This document shows, in pieces, positions 30,772 through 40,945 of a DNA stretch of 64,000 nucleotides (the stretch's first letter is position 1; each line of letters opens with the position of its first letter). This DNA comes from Bacteroidota bacterium (GTDB lineage: Bacteria > Bacteroidota > Bacteroidia > Bacteroidales > UBA4417), in assembly GCA_013376995.1 (NCBI GenBank), contig JACAAZ010000021.1:9952-73951 (forward strand), read 5' to 3'. The notes beneath the pieces are model-generated. The model did no database searches. It worked only from the letters and a program-made list of their open reading frames with translations, and was not told the origin of the DNA. Position numbers and translations under genes: made by a program.

Positions 30772-30955
30772 TCAATACGTCACACCGCACTAAAAAATCT
30801 TGCTTTAGAAGTCAATATTTATCCACCTTAGTCTAAATAAATCAAAAAGCAAATCTGTTAAAGGCAGTAAATCTGATGAATGCATTCAAAGTATTGTATC
30901 AATGCAATAGTTATAGGGCATTTAAAGACAACACAAATTGACACCAAATAATATA

Positions 30956-31381
30956 ATGAAAGGATTTAAAATAATAACTTCTGACAACCAAGAAATAAAA
31001 TTTGAATTTTATTTAGATGCTGCACCTGTGACATCAAATGCGTTTAATGGCATTTTGCCATTTACAAGGACTTTTTATCATGCAAAGGTTTCTGGACAAG
31101 AAATATGGATAGACAATGTTCCAAAGTTGGAAATCATTCAAGAGAATGCATCTGTATTCACTGAGCCAGGTGAAGTTGTGTTTGGACCAACAATGCCTAT
31201 CAGAACAAAGACTGCAAACTGTTTCGGAATATATTATGGTGACGGCAAAGGACTTGACGCTTGCAACATTTTCGCAAGAGTAATCGAAAGTGACAAACAA
31301 AAATTGATAGACCTTGGAAATAGTATTTGGAAAAACGGTTCACAAGATTTGACAATTTCAGCAATAGACACAACTAAATGA
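30956..31381 (+). CDS. DUF3830 (cyclophilin-like) protein, probable cassette cargo
   Basis: APVTSNAF...LPF...HAKVSGQEIW...ENASVFTEPGEV...CNIFA pattern; visibly AT-richer than neighbours. Confidence 0.7.
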   Translation: MKGFKIITSDNQEIKFEFYLDAAPVTSNAFNGILPFTRTFYHAKVSGQEIWIDNVPKLEIIQENASVFTEPGEVVFGPTMPIRTKTANCFGIYYGDGKGLDACNIFARVIESDKQKLIDLGNSIWKNGSQDLTISAIDTTK

Positions 31382-31410
31382 CAGACATCGCAACGATAGA
31401 AAGAAAAACT

Positions 31411-31543
31411 CCCTGTTACAGCACTTACCCAAAAGGCGGAGTTCAGTGTTCCAAAACAGTTATGTGGTTAATCAAACAGTAGTTTTTCAAATCAGGTTTT
31501 GTGGCTAAAGTCCCGCCCTTCGGCTAGCGGCAAACTGTTGGAA
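31411..31543 (+). mobile_element. Degenerate attC-like imperfect palindrome (about 130 bp)
   Basis: Left arm TTACAGCACTTACCCAAAAGGCGG pairs imperfectly with right arm CCGCCCTTCGGCTAGCGGCAAACTGTTGG; GTT core at 31537; another GTT core-like site at 30910 before the ORF. Confidence 0.55.
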
Positions 31544-31682
31544 CTATATGCAAAAAGTATCATGATTGAATGGATTAGTATGATACATTGTGTGATTAAT
31601 TTGAAGCCTCAGATCGCAGTAATTTGAATTTGGCAATTTAATATTGCTCATTTTGCATTCAAACAATACCAATCAAAAGACC

Positions 31683-34600
31683 ATGTCAAAATTAAATTTT
31701 GATGCCGTTATCTTTGACCTGGATGGCGTAATCACTCAGACAGCCCTTGTGCACGGCAGGGCCTGGAAAAAGATGTTTGATGATTACCTCAAGGGTAGGG
31801 CAACTTCACTTGGGGAGCCATTTCGTGAATTCACGCAGAAGGACGATTACCTTCCCTATGTTGATGGAAAACCCAGGTATGAAGGTGTTCGTTCATTCCT
31901 GGAATCAAGGAATATTCATCTGCCTTTTGGTACACCTGGCGACAGCGTTGAGCAGGAAACAGTCTGTGGCCTGGGTAACAGGAAAAATATTGCATTCAAC
32001 GAAGTATTGGATAAGGAAGGAGTGAAAGTGTATGAATCTACTGTTGATCTCATTCATGAACTTCGGAAAAACGGTATTCACGTGGGTGTAGCTTCTTCAA
32101 GCAAGAATTGCTATGCAGTGTTGAAAGCTGCCGGACTGCTTGATCTCATAGAAACCAGGGTCGATGGTGAAGTATCAGCAGAAATTGGTTTGAAAGGTAA
32201 ACCAGAACCTGATATCTTTCTTACAGCTGCTAAGAATCTTGGAACAGATCCATCAAGATCAGTAGTAGTTGAAGATGCAGTTTCAGGCGTTGCTGCGGGC
32301 AGGAAAGGTAATTTCGGTTTGGTCCTGGGAATTGCACGCGAAGAGAACGAGGATGAACTTTATGAAAATGGAGCTGATATTGTCGTTTCAGACTTATCAG
32401 AGATATCCATCGATGACCTGGATGTTTGGTTCGATGATGATGATGGGGAGGAAAACTGGGATGTTTGTTATACAGAATATGACCCCTCTAAAGAAAGAAC
32501 CCGTGAAGCACTGCTGACTGTCGGGAATGGCTATTTCGCCACACGTGGGGCTTTGGAGGAAACTAAGTCTAACCCTGTGAATTATCCCGGCACTTACATA
32601 GCCGGTTTATATAACAGGCTGATTACCCCGATTTCTGGTAAAGACATAGAAAACGAAGATTTTGTAAACTGTCCTAATTGGTTACCGGTTACATTCAGAA
32701 TAGAAGACGGAGAATGGTTTGATATTAATAATACTGAAATCCTATCATTCGAAAGAACATTATCACTTGGGAGGGGCTTGCTTGTTAAGCAAATGACAGT
32801 GAGGGATGCGGCCGGAAGAGAGACAGGAATTGTTTCAGAACGGTTCGTTTCTATGCAAAATCCACATCTTGCAGGCCTCCGGTATTGCGTTACTCCTTTA
32901 AATTACTCGGCTAAAATCGAAATGAAAACAGGCCTTGATGGGGCAATTATCAATGATGGAGTTGAGCGTTATAAAGCTTTGAACCAGTTACATCTAAAGC
33001 CTGTCAAACAAGGTGCTGACCGGAACAGGCACTTTCTTTCTGTTGTTACAACCCAATCAGGTATTACTATCGCCGAGGCTGCTCAATACGAGTTTCTTGC
33101 CGATGATGAAGCATTGGATCTGGAACTGAAATCCGAAACCGCTCCTGGAATGGTCACCGGAAAGGTCGTTTTCGAAGGAATGGAAGGTGTTGAATATTCC
33201 ATGGAAAAACGTGTTTCCCTATTTACTTCCAGGGAAGATGATGTAAAGGAACCCTTGGAAGAGGCTATGAAACTTCTCGATGAAGCCGATGATTTTGACC
33301 TGCTCCTGTTCGAAAGCATTGATGTTTGGAATGAGATATGGAACGATATGGATATGATCATCGAAGATGATTCTGAAGCCCAGAAACTGGTCCGGCTACA
33401 TCTGTATCACCTGGTAGTTTCAATGTCGCCGCATAACAGTAGTCTTGATGCTAGCATTACCGCCCGCGGTCTGCATGGTGAAGCCTATCGTGGCCATATA
33501 TTCTGGGATGAGCTATTCATCCAGCCTTTGTACAACCTTCATTTGCCTGAAACAGCCCGTGCAATGCTTATGTATCGCTATAGGAGGCTGGCGATGGCCA
33601 GGAAGTATGCTGAAGAATATGGTTATGAAGGTGCAATGTTTCCTTGGCAAAGCGGGTCTGATGGGAGGGAGGAAACACAAACCATCCACTTGAACCCCCT
33701 TTCAGGTAAATGGGATCCCGACCATAGTTCTCTTCAGAGGCATGTTTCGCTGGCTATCGCTTATAATACCTGGCAGTATTATCACATTACTGCTGACATT
33801 GAGTTCCTTCGTGAATATGGTGCTGAAATGTTTCTGGATATATGCCGGTTTTGGGCCAGTAAGGCAAAGTTCAATGAAAAAACTGGCAGATACAGCATTG
33901 ATAAGGTAATGGGCCCAGATGAATTTCATGAGCAATACCCGGGTGCGGCTGAAGGTGGAATAAGAGATAATGCCTACATTAATATTATGATAGCCTGGTC
34001 TTTCGAAAAAGCCGGGAAAATTTTAGATATCATAGGAGAAACATCAGTCAGGAAAGTCAGGGAAAAACTGGCACTTAGCGATAATGAAATCAGGCAGTGG
34101 GCTGAAATAGCTTCCAAGCTTACTCTTTATATAAACGCAGACGGTATCATTGCGCAGTACGACGGCTATTTCAATCTAAAAGAACTGGATTGGGAGCTTT
34201 ACAAAAAGAAATACACGAATATCTACAGGATGGATAGGATCCTGAAAGCTGAAAACCTGTCACCGGATGAATTCAAGGTTGCAAAGCAGGCTGATATGCT
34301 GATGACTTTCTACGTTCTTGAAAAAGAAGAGGTTGATCAGATCTTAAGGAAAATGGGATACACTCTTCCTGCTGACTATCTTCAACGTAACCTTGACTAT
34401 TATTTGAAGCGCACATCACATGGTTCAACATTAAGCAGGGTTGTCCATTCAAGGTTGGCCCTTCTTGCTGGTTACGGTGAACTCAGCTGGCAACTTTATT
34501 CAGAAGCCCTTGCCAGCGATTTCAATGATATCCAGGGAGGGACAACAGGAGAAGGTATCCATGCTGGTGTTATGGCAGGGACATTACTTATTGCACTAAC

Positions 34601-34823
34601 TACTTATGCCGGTGTAAATTATCAGGGAGATGTGTTGAGAATTAACCCAAAACTTCCTGAAAAATGGGAAAAGATGGAGTTTGGGCTGAATTTTAAAGGT
34701 ATTAGATTTGGATTCCAAATATCAAATAATGCAGTAAAAGTTTTAGCAGATAAAGCTTGCAAGGTTATGATTTTTGAGAAAATGGTAAATTTGGAGGCAA
34801 ATTCAGAAACGGATATAAATTAA
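31683..34823 (+). CDS. Beta-phosphoglucomutase-like HAD fused to GH65 phosphorylase
   Basis: FDLDGV, GKPEPDIF, VEDAVSGV HAD motifs; GNGYFATRG, ARGLHGEAYRGHIFWDE, GPDEFHE, KQAD, HGSTLS GH65 motifs. Confidence 0.92.
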   Translation: MSKLNFDAVIFDLDGVITQTALVHGRAWKKMFDDYLKGRATSLGEPFREFTQKDDYLPYVDGKPRYEGVRSFLESRNIHLPFGTPGDSVEQETVCGLGNRKNIAFNEVLDKEGVKVYESTVDLIHELRKNGIHVGVASSSKNCYAVLKAAGLLDLIETRVDGEVSAEIGLKGKPEPDIFLTAAKNLGTDPSRSVVVEDAVSGVAAGRKGNFGLVLGIAREENEDELYENGADIVVSDLSEISIDDLDVWFDDDDGEENWDVCYTEYDPSKERTREALLTVGNGYFATRGALEETKSNPVNYPGTYIAGLYNRLITPISGKDIENEDFVNCPNWLPVTFRIEDGEWFDINNTEILSFERTLSLGRGLLVKQMTVRDAAGRETGIVSERFVSMQNPHLAGLRYCVTPLNYSAKIEMKTGLDGAIINDGVERYKALNQLHLKPVKQGADRNRHFLSVVTTQSGITIAEAAQYEFLADDEALDLELKSETAPGMVTGKVVFEGMEGVEYSMEKRVSLFTSREDDVKEPLEEAMKLLDEADDFDLLLFESIDVWNEIWNDMDMIIEDDSEAQKLVRLHLYHLVVSMSPHNSSLDASITARGLHGEAYRGHIFWDELFIQPLYNLHLPETARAMLMYRYRRLAMARKYAEEYGYEGAMFPWQSGSDGREETQTIHLNPLSGKWDPDHSSLQRHVSLAIAYNTWQYYHITADIEFLREYGAEMFLDICRFWASKAKFNEKTGRYSIDKVMGPDEFHEQYPGAAEGGIRDNAYINIMIAWSFEKAGKILDIIGETSVRKVREKLALSDNEIRQWAEIASKLTLYINADGIIAQYDGYFNLKELDWELYKKKYTNIYRMDRILKAENLSPDEFKVAKQADMLMTFYVLEKEEVDQILRKMGYTLPADYLQRNLDYYLKRTSHGSTLSRVVHSRLALLAGYGELSWQLYSEALASDFNDIQGGTTGEGIHAGVMAGTLLIALTTYAGVNYQGDVLRINPKLPEKWEKMEFGLNFKGIRFGFQISNNAVKVLADKACKVMIFEKMVNLEANSETDIN

Positions 34824-34854
34824 TAATTGCTAAACCACTAGAAAATCGAGAGCA

Positions 34855-35496
34855 ATGTTAGGTGACATTCTACTAATTACTGAAAAACATCAGAAAGCTG
34901 GTGAAATCATTATCGAAAAGATCCTTGCAACAAGGAAGCCCAAAATGATTATAGCTATATCTGGTGAATCCGGTTCCGGGAAGTCGGAATTGGCTCATGT
35001 TATTGCAAAAGGGCTCAGGAAACATGGGATTTTTGCCAAACCATTGCATATCGATAACTACTACCGGGTTCATCCACTTAAACGCACAGAATGGAGGAAA
35101 GAACAAGGAATCGAAAATGTTGTCGGGTTTGGTGAATACGATTGGGTAACCATCGACAGGAATATTGCTGAGTTCATGGAAGGAGTTGAATCAACAGGGC
35201 CTTGCGTTGACCTCGTAACCGAACAGGTGGATCAATTGACAACTGATTATTCAACTGTTGATATGCTAATCATCGACGGGCTATACGCGATAAAGACCAG
35301 TGGGGTTGACTTGAGGATTTTTATTGAACTCACCTACCATGAAACTAAGAAAGCCCAGGTAGTAAGAGGTAAAGAACCACAAAATGAATATCGGATGAAT
35401 GTGTTGGAACAGGAACACAAAATGGTTCAATCACTCAAATCAATGGCAGATATGCTCATCAGCATGGAATATGAAGTGGTTGAAGTAAAGAAATAA
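34855..35496 (+). CDS. Uridine-kinase-like P-loop kinase of unknown substrate
   Basis: IAISGESGSGKS Walker A, HIDNYY, LIIDGLYA; 31 bp after the GH65 fusion. Confidence 0.75.
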   Translation: MLGDILLITEKHQKAGEIIIEKILATRKPKMIIAISGESGSGKSELAHVIAKGLRKHGIFAKPLHIDNYYRVHPLKRTEWRKEQGIENVVGFGEYDWVTIDRNIAEFMEGVESTGPCVDLVTEQVDQLTTDYSTVDMLIIDGLYAIKTSGVDLRIFIELTYHETKKAQVVRGKEPQNEYRMNVLEQEHKMVQSLKSMADMLISMEYEVVEVKK

Positions 35497-35530
35497 TACG
35501 GAACTTTTCTGGAAGGCATTGAGGACGGGA

Positions 35531-37087
35531 TCACATTTTGATCTCGTCTTCTGTTTTATTGAAGAAATGATATTCAAGCAGGTGGTAGGAATTCACCGGC
35601 ATGAGTTTGATCCACTTCTTGTATTTGAAATACCATTTCCATTGGATGGAACGGAAAAGGCCATTCTGAATCAGGAATGAATAAGTGAATGGATGTACCC
35701 CAATCTTGAGGAAAGATTCGTTTTGATCCTGTAACAGGTAACGAATATTATTCTCAATTTCATCTGTCAGAAGAATGCTTGGTTTAATCTCACCGGTACC
35801 TTCACAGGTTGGGCACTTTTCGAGGATCTGAACATTTGTTTCAGGCCTTACACGCTGACGGGTAATCTGCACTAAACCAAACTTGCTTGGAGGAAGGATA
35901 CTGTGTTTGGAATGATCCTTATCCATTTCATCCTTCAGCTTTGAGAATAGCTTTCGGCGATTCGAGCCTTCATGCATATCAATAAAATCGACCACAATGA
36001 TTCCACCCATATCGCGAAGGCGCAATTGACGTGCTACTTCTATGGCCGCTTCAATATTCACAGATAAGGCATTATCCTCCTGGCTGCTGTCACTGTTCAC
36101 CTTATGGCCACTGTTCACATCAATGACATGAAGTGCCTCAGTGTGTTCAATGATAAGGTATACCCCGCTTTTTATGGTAACGATCTTTCCAAACGAATTC
36201 TTGATCTGTTTGTCGATACCAAAATGTTCGTATATGGGGATCTTCCCTTTGTACTGCTTAACTATGTCAAGCTTGTCGGGGGCATTGGTCCTGATATAAT
36301 TCTTTACTTCTTCACAGACCATCGGGTCATCGACATGGATATTGTTGAAAGATTCATTCAACATATCCCTAAGAATGGCGGATGTCCTGTCAAGTTCACT
36401 GACGATCTTCTGGGGTGCTTTGGCGCTGATGAGTTTCTGTGCAACAGATTCCCATTTCTGAATAAGATTATTAAGGTCAGTATCCAGGTCGGCTACTTTT
36501 TTATTCTCAGCCACTGTACGGATAATAACTCCGTAGTTTTTTGGCCGGATACTCATAATTAGCCTTTTAAGGCGATTACGTTCCTCGCTGCTCTTAATTT
36601 TTTGGGAAATGGATATCCTGTTGGAGAAAGGCACTAATACAAGGTACCTGCCTGCAAAGGATATTTCTGAGGATATCCGGGGGCCTTTTGTCGAAATAGG
36701 TTCCTTTGCAATTTGCACAAGGACAAGCTGGTTCGAAGTAAGTACCTGCGTTATTTTACCGGTCTTTTCAATGTCAGGTTCCGAGATAAATTCGGGCATG
36801 GACAATTGAGCATCCCTGCCTGTGAGGGCAAGTTTGGTATATTTTAACAGGGAATTTATCTGGGGCCCTAGATCAAGATAATGCAGGAATGCATCTTTTT
36901 CATATCCCACATCAACAAAAGCCGCATTCAGGCCGGGCATAATTTTCTTAACACGGCCAAGATACACGTCGCCTACTGCGAAACTGCTGTTGGTTTTTTC
37001 TTTGTTAAGTTCAACCAGCACTTTTTCTTCCAGCAGGGCAATGTTTACTTCCGAAGAGCTAGCGTTTATTATTAATTCTTTATTCAC
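35531..37087 (-). CDS. Rne/Rng family ribonuclease
   Basis: S1 domain GLNAAFVDVG, KEPISTKGPR, VIDVNSG, LRLRDMGGIIVVDFIDM, CPTCEG; GTG start. Confidence 0.94.
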   Translation of the reverse strand: MNKELIINASSSEVNIALLEEKVLVELNKEKTNSSFAVGDVYLGRVKKIMPGLNAAFVDVGYEKDAFLHYLDLGPQINSLLKYTKLALTGRDAQLSMPEFISEPDIEKTGKITQVLTSNQLVLVQIAKEPISTKGPRISSEISFAGRYLVLVPFSNRISISQKIKSSEERNRLKRLIMSIRPKNYGVIIRTVAENKKVADLDTDLNNLIQKWESVAQKLISAKAPQKIVSELDRTSAILRDMLNESFNNIHVDDPMVCEEVKNYIRTNAPDKLDIVKQYKGKIPIYEHFGIDKQIKNSFGKIVTIKSGVYLIIEHTEALHVIDVNSGHKVNSDSSQEDNALSVNIEAAIEVARQLRLRDMGGIIVVDFIDMHEGSNRRKLFSKLKDEMDKDHSKHSILPPSKFGLVQITRQRVRPETNVQILEKCPTCEGTGEIKPSILLTDEIENNIRYLLQDQNESFLKIGVHPFTYSFLIQNGLFRSIQWKWYFKYKKWIKLMPVNSYHLLEYHFFNKTEDEIKM

Positions 37088-37172
37088 AACAGCTAAATTG
37101 CATATGCAGATATTCCTGCGAGTAATCCTATACCTAATAAGGTCTCAATGAAACGAATAGTAAAGGTACTCG

Positions 37173-37219
37173 AAAAAAATTTCATCACATGAAATAAACC
37201 TAATTCCATGTGATGAAAT
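37173..37219 (-). terminator. Intrinsic terminator after HU-bS22
   Basis: ATTTCATCACATG / CATGTGATGAAAT stem followed by T7 on the - strand. Confidence 0.75.
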
Positions 37220-37239
37220 CGCCAAAAGGAATAAGAAAA

Positions 37240-37329
37240 TTATTTCTTCTTGTGTCTGTTCTTGCGCAAACGTTTTTTACGTTTGTGCGTGGCCATTTTA
37301 TGTCTTTTTCTTTTCTTACCGCTGGGCAT
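37240..37329 (-). CDS. Small basic ribosomal protein bS22 (AURKAIP1/COX24/mS38-like), 29 aa
   Basis: Hand translation MPSGKKRKRHKMATHKRKKRLRKNRHKKK*; missing from ORF track; between HU and rng. Confidence 0.88.
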   Translation of the reverse strand: MPSGKKRKRHKMATHKRKKRLRKNRHKKK

Positions 37330-37358
37330 GGTCTGAGTTTTTTATAGAATTCTTCGGA

Positions 37359-37643
37359 TTATTTCACCTTATGTTTCACTTCATTAACGAAAACCTTAGC
37401 AGGTTTAAATGAAGGAATATTGTGAGCTGGAATGATAATAGTTGTATTCTTGCTGATGTTCCTGCCGGTTTTTTCAGCTCTTTTCTTAACAACAAAACTA
37501 CCAAAACCTCTGAGGTAAACGTTTTCGCCGTTAGCCATCGCACTTTTGATGGCATCCATAAAGGCTTCCACAGTCTGCTGAACAGCAACTTTTTCAATGT
37601 TTGTCTTACTGGCAATTTCAGTAACGATTTCTGCTTTCGTCAT
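37359..37643 (-). CDS. HU/IHF family DNA-binding protein
   Basis: MTKAEIV...VYLRGFGSF...GRN...IPSFKP; TATATTTG -7 box at 37691-37698. Confidence 0.95.
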   Translation of the reverse strand: MTKAEIVTEIASKTNIEKVAVQQTVEAFMDAIKSAMANGENVYLRGFGSFVVKKRAEKTGRNISKNTTIIIPAHNIPSFKPAKVFVNEVKHKVK

Positions 37644-37840
37644 CTTTGTATCGGTTTAATGAATTGATACTAAATTTCTTAAATGGGCTGCAAATATAGG
37701 GTTTTTTTTCAACTTCAAATATTTTGACAGCTTTTTTTGCGAAATATCATCATGAAATTGAATTTTTTTTTGGAAGGGAGAAAAATCTCAGATTTCGCTT
37801 TCAGTTTCAAAAAATATTTTACCTTTGCAATCCCAATTAA

Positions 37841-37916
<76 letters not shown>

Positions 37917-37924
37917 AGATGGTT

Positions 37925-37955
37925 GAAGGATTGGAAGCAAAATTTCCAATCCTTC
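37925..37955 (+). terminator. Hairpin after tRNA-Phe (terminator or att-arm structure)
   Basis: GAAGGATTGGAA-N7-TTCCAATCCTTC. Confidence 0.6.
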
Positions 37956-38065
37956 TGATTTTCAAGGGTTTCGTAATGTCGGCGAATAACGTTCGGAACC
38001 TTTTTTCCAAAGTTTGCGGTAATTTTTTTCACCATTTTTTCACCAAAGAATGAGAGGAATTACCC

Positions 38066-39220
38066 ATGAACAAAACCCACATCAAATTTCAATTGCGCAT
38101 GGATAGGTCAAATGTCGATAGGCTTTACCCAATCTACTTGTATGCAAATGTCAACGGCAAGGTGAAATATTTCACCACAAATCATGCTGTTGCCGAGAAA
38201 GCCTGGAACCCCAAAAAACAGGAGGTAAGTGGATCTTACCCAAACGCTCAAACTATCAATAATGACATTGCCCGTTATAGAAGCTGGGCAGAAAAAATCC
38301 GGATCGATGCAGATCAGGATGGAGCCAATATAAACCTATTCGAATTTGAGAAGATATTTCGGGGAGGAGCTAAGGATCTCTCAGATGTTTTCGAGTTTAT
38401 TAAGAATGACCTTCAGGAATTTAAAAACACATATGCTAAGGATACGCTTAAAATGTATCAAAGCCAATCTAAAAAGTTGAAAGGCTTTAGAGCAACACTT
38501 TCATTTACTGAAATCACACCTTTTTTCTGGAAGCTTTACGACAGCTACCTGATCAAGCTTGGGAACAATGCCAACACAAGGTGGAAAGCGTTTAGGACAA
38601 TCAAGACCTATATCAATAAAGCCATTGAAGCTGGAATCCTGAAAACTGATCCACTCAGGGGGGTGAAGGTAAGGAAACCCGAAGGGAATCGACAGTTCCT
38701 AACCCAGGATGAATTGAAAAGCCTGGAAATCCTTTACAAAGGATTCTTAACCAAAGACCTTAAAACCGTACTAACTTATTTTCTCTTTTCCTGTTATACA
38801 GGACTGCGATATGAAGACGTCAGGACCTTGAAATATAGTAATGTCTTTATAGAACCTGGGAATTCTTACCTGCAATTCACACAGCATAAGACGAAACAAG
38901 CGGAAAACATGCCACTTGGATCAAAGGCTATAAGCCTTATTCCCAAGAATGGGTTGCAAAACCAGCCTCTTTTTAAGGTTTATACAAATCAGGTTACAAA
39001 CCGGCATTTAAAAAGCCTGATGACTTTGGCAAAGATCAACAAAGACATATCATTCCACTGTGCAAGACACACTTTTGCAACAATCGGGTTGGAATTAAGC
39101 GGGGATATTGCGACCGTCAGCAAGCTTCTTGGACATAGAAAAATCCAGACTACACAGATTTATGCTAAGGTACTGGATAAATCGAAGAGAGGAGTGATCG
39201 ATTTGATGGATGCAATCTAA
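38066..39220 (+). CDS. Tyrosine site-specific integrase (Bacteroidota Arm/SAM-like type)
   Basis: FSCYTGLRYED (R), HKT (K), HCARHTFAT (HxxR), LLGH, TTQIYAK (Y). Confidence 0.95.
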   Translation: MNKTHIKFQLRMDRSNVDRLYPIYLYANVNGKVKYFTTNHAVAEKAWNPKKQEVSGSYPNAQTINNDIARYRSWAEKIRIDADQDGANINLFEFEKIFRGGAKDLSDVFEFIKNDLQEFKNTYAKDTLKMYQSQSKKLKGFRATLSFTEITPFFWKLYDSYLIKLGNNANTRWKAFRTIKTYINKAIEAGILKTDPLRGVKVRKPEGNRQFLTQDELKSLEILYKGFLTKDLKTVLTYFLFSCYTGLRYEDVRTLKYSNVFIEPGNSYLQFTQHKTKQAENMPLGSKAISLIPKNGLQNQPLFKVYTNQVTNRHLKSLMTLAKINKDISFHCARHTFATIGLELSGDIATVSKLLGHRKIQTTQIYAKVLDKSKRGVIDLMDAI

Positions 39221-39811
39221 TCTTGATGGGGCGGGTTCACCGCAAGCCTGGGGTGAAAAAAATAATTCCCTTGACACTCTGCTTTTATCGGAGAGGTCAT
39301 TTATTTGTTCAATAATTGACGCAATAAATAGTCCGTTTTCGCCTTTGCCATCCAAAACTATTCTATGTTAATTAGCTAAACATATCAGACTATTGATATT
39401 TATGCATTAAATAATTGGCAGATTAGAGGAATAGTATAAATATATTTTATATTTGTTCCACTTCTAACAGTTTTGATTCCATACTTCCTTATCTAGTAAA
39501 CAACTATAGTTGATTTAGAGAAAGCACCGGCAGTTGTGTCAACTATCAGTTATTTAATGTATTAAACATTCATACTTAATTCAAGCACTGTTTTGATAAC
39601 CATTTTTTGGAATAAAGTACATAGTATTTGATTTAATCAAACTCTCTCAGATTACGAAAACTTATGATTTAGCATAGATGCAGATTATGCTCATGCATTG
39701 CTATTCTCCAGCTTACCTGCGACTATTCAATAACGTAGAGAAAATCGTAGATCAAAATCATATAACCAGTATCTCCTGATAACCAATAAAACCCAATCAA
39801 ATATTTATACC

Positions 39812-40936
39812 ATGAAAAAGCAGATTAATCTACTCTCAATCCTATTTATGCTTATTACATTTAATTTGCATGCCGCTATCTTAACAGTAAGTAATAACAC
39901 TAGCAATCCAGGGCAATACTCCAGCCTTCAGACAGCCATAAACACGGCATCAGCTAACGATACCATTTTAGTAGCAGGCTCATCAACTTCATATGGAGAT
40001 ATCTCGATTGGTAAAACGTTAATCTTATTCGGAGCTGGTTACCATAATCAATATGGCAATAATACAACTATTGGGAATCTAACTTTATATAGAACTAATT
40101 TGTATATTAGTGCAAGTGGTTCAAAAATTGTTGGGTTCATTGCCAGCCAAATTTTTGCTAATGGAAATTTTTCTGGTAGTGTTGATACTACTGCCACTAT
40201 TAATAATATTGTTATTGAAAGATGCCAAATAAGCTTAATTACATTCGGAGGAACTTCTATTCAAAAATCTTCATTCAATAATGATACTATCCGTAATTGT
40301 ATCATCTCATCAGGAATTAATACAGGTGAATACTGTCAATATAATGGTAACTGCACTTATCTTACTTCTGTTTTAAAATTTCGAAATATTTATGTGCATA
40401 ATAATATTTTCAATGGTGCTAGTATATCATCTGATCATGCAACATTCCCCTCTGTTGTTAGCGGATTTTATGTGAGAAACAACGTCTTTATTAACAGGCT
40501 TTCAAATTGTTTTGGAACGGCCTTTCCATCGATTGTGATTGAAAATAACATTTTCTATGCTGCTTCTCCACAAGGAGGAGCTACCTGCTCCCTGACAAAA
40601 AACATTACATTCATGTGCCTGGATAATAATATCCCAGGCTCTGGCAATTTGGGAAGTGGAAACAAAATCAACCAGAACCCTCTTTTTGTCAACTATCCTC
40701 TTGCTGGAGCGGTTGCTTTCAGCTATAACCATGATTTTCATCTTCTGGCAGGCTCACCCGGCAAAAATGCAGGTACAGATGGCACGGATATAGGAATTTA
40801 TGGAGGATGGTCACCATTTGATGTAGGTGCTAACCCATACATCCCTCAAATGATAGAATTAACTCTTCCCAGCGGAAGTTCAGTGCCTGCTGGCGGAACT
40901 TTAAACGTGCATTTTAAGGCCAGGAAACAGAATTAA
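39812..40936 (+). CDS. Secreted right-handed beta-helix protein (partner A1)
   Basis: Signal peptide; SLQTAINTASANDTILV cap; Asn-ladder repeats (HNNIF, RNNVF, ENNIF); DFHL..GSP...AGTDGTDIGIYGG tail. Confidence 0.75.
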   Translation: MKKQINLLSILFMLITFNLHAAILTVSNNTSNPGQYSSLQTAINTASANDTILVAGSSTSYGDISIGKTLILFGAGYHNQYGNNTTIGNLTLYRTNLYISASGSKIVGFIASQIFANGNFSGSVDTTATINNIVIERCQISLITFGGTSIQKSSFNNDTIRNCIISSGINTGEYCQYNGNCTYLTSVLKFRNIYVHNNIFNGASISSDHATFPSVVSGFYVRNNVFINRLSNCFGTAFPSIVIENNIFYAASPQGGATCSLTKNITFMCLDNNIPGSGNLGSGNKINQNPLFVNYPLAGAVAFSYNHDFHLLAGSPGKNAGTDGTDIGIYGGWSPFDVGANPYIPQMIELTLPSGSSVPAGGTLNVHFKARKQN

Positions 40937-40945
40937 TTACTGGCC

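Noticed and set aside
39095-39355. 86 aa minus-strand ORF overlapping the integrase 3' end
   Set aside because: No excisionase/HTH features; partly antisense to the integrase.
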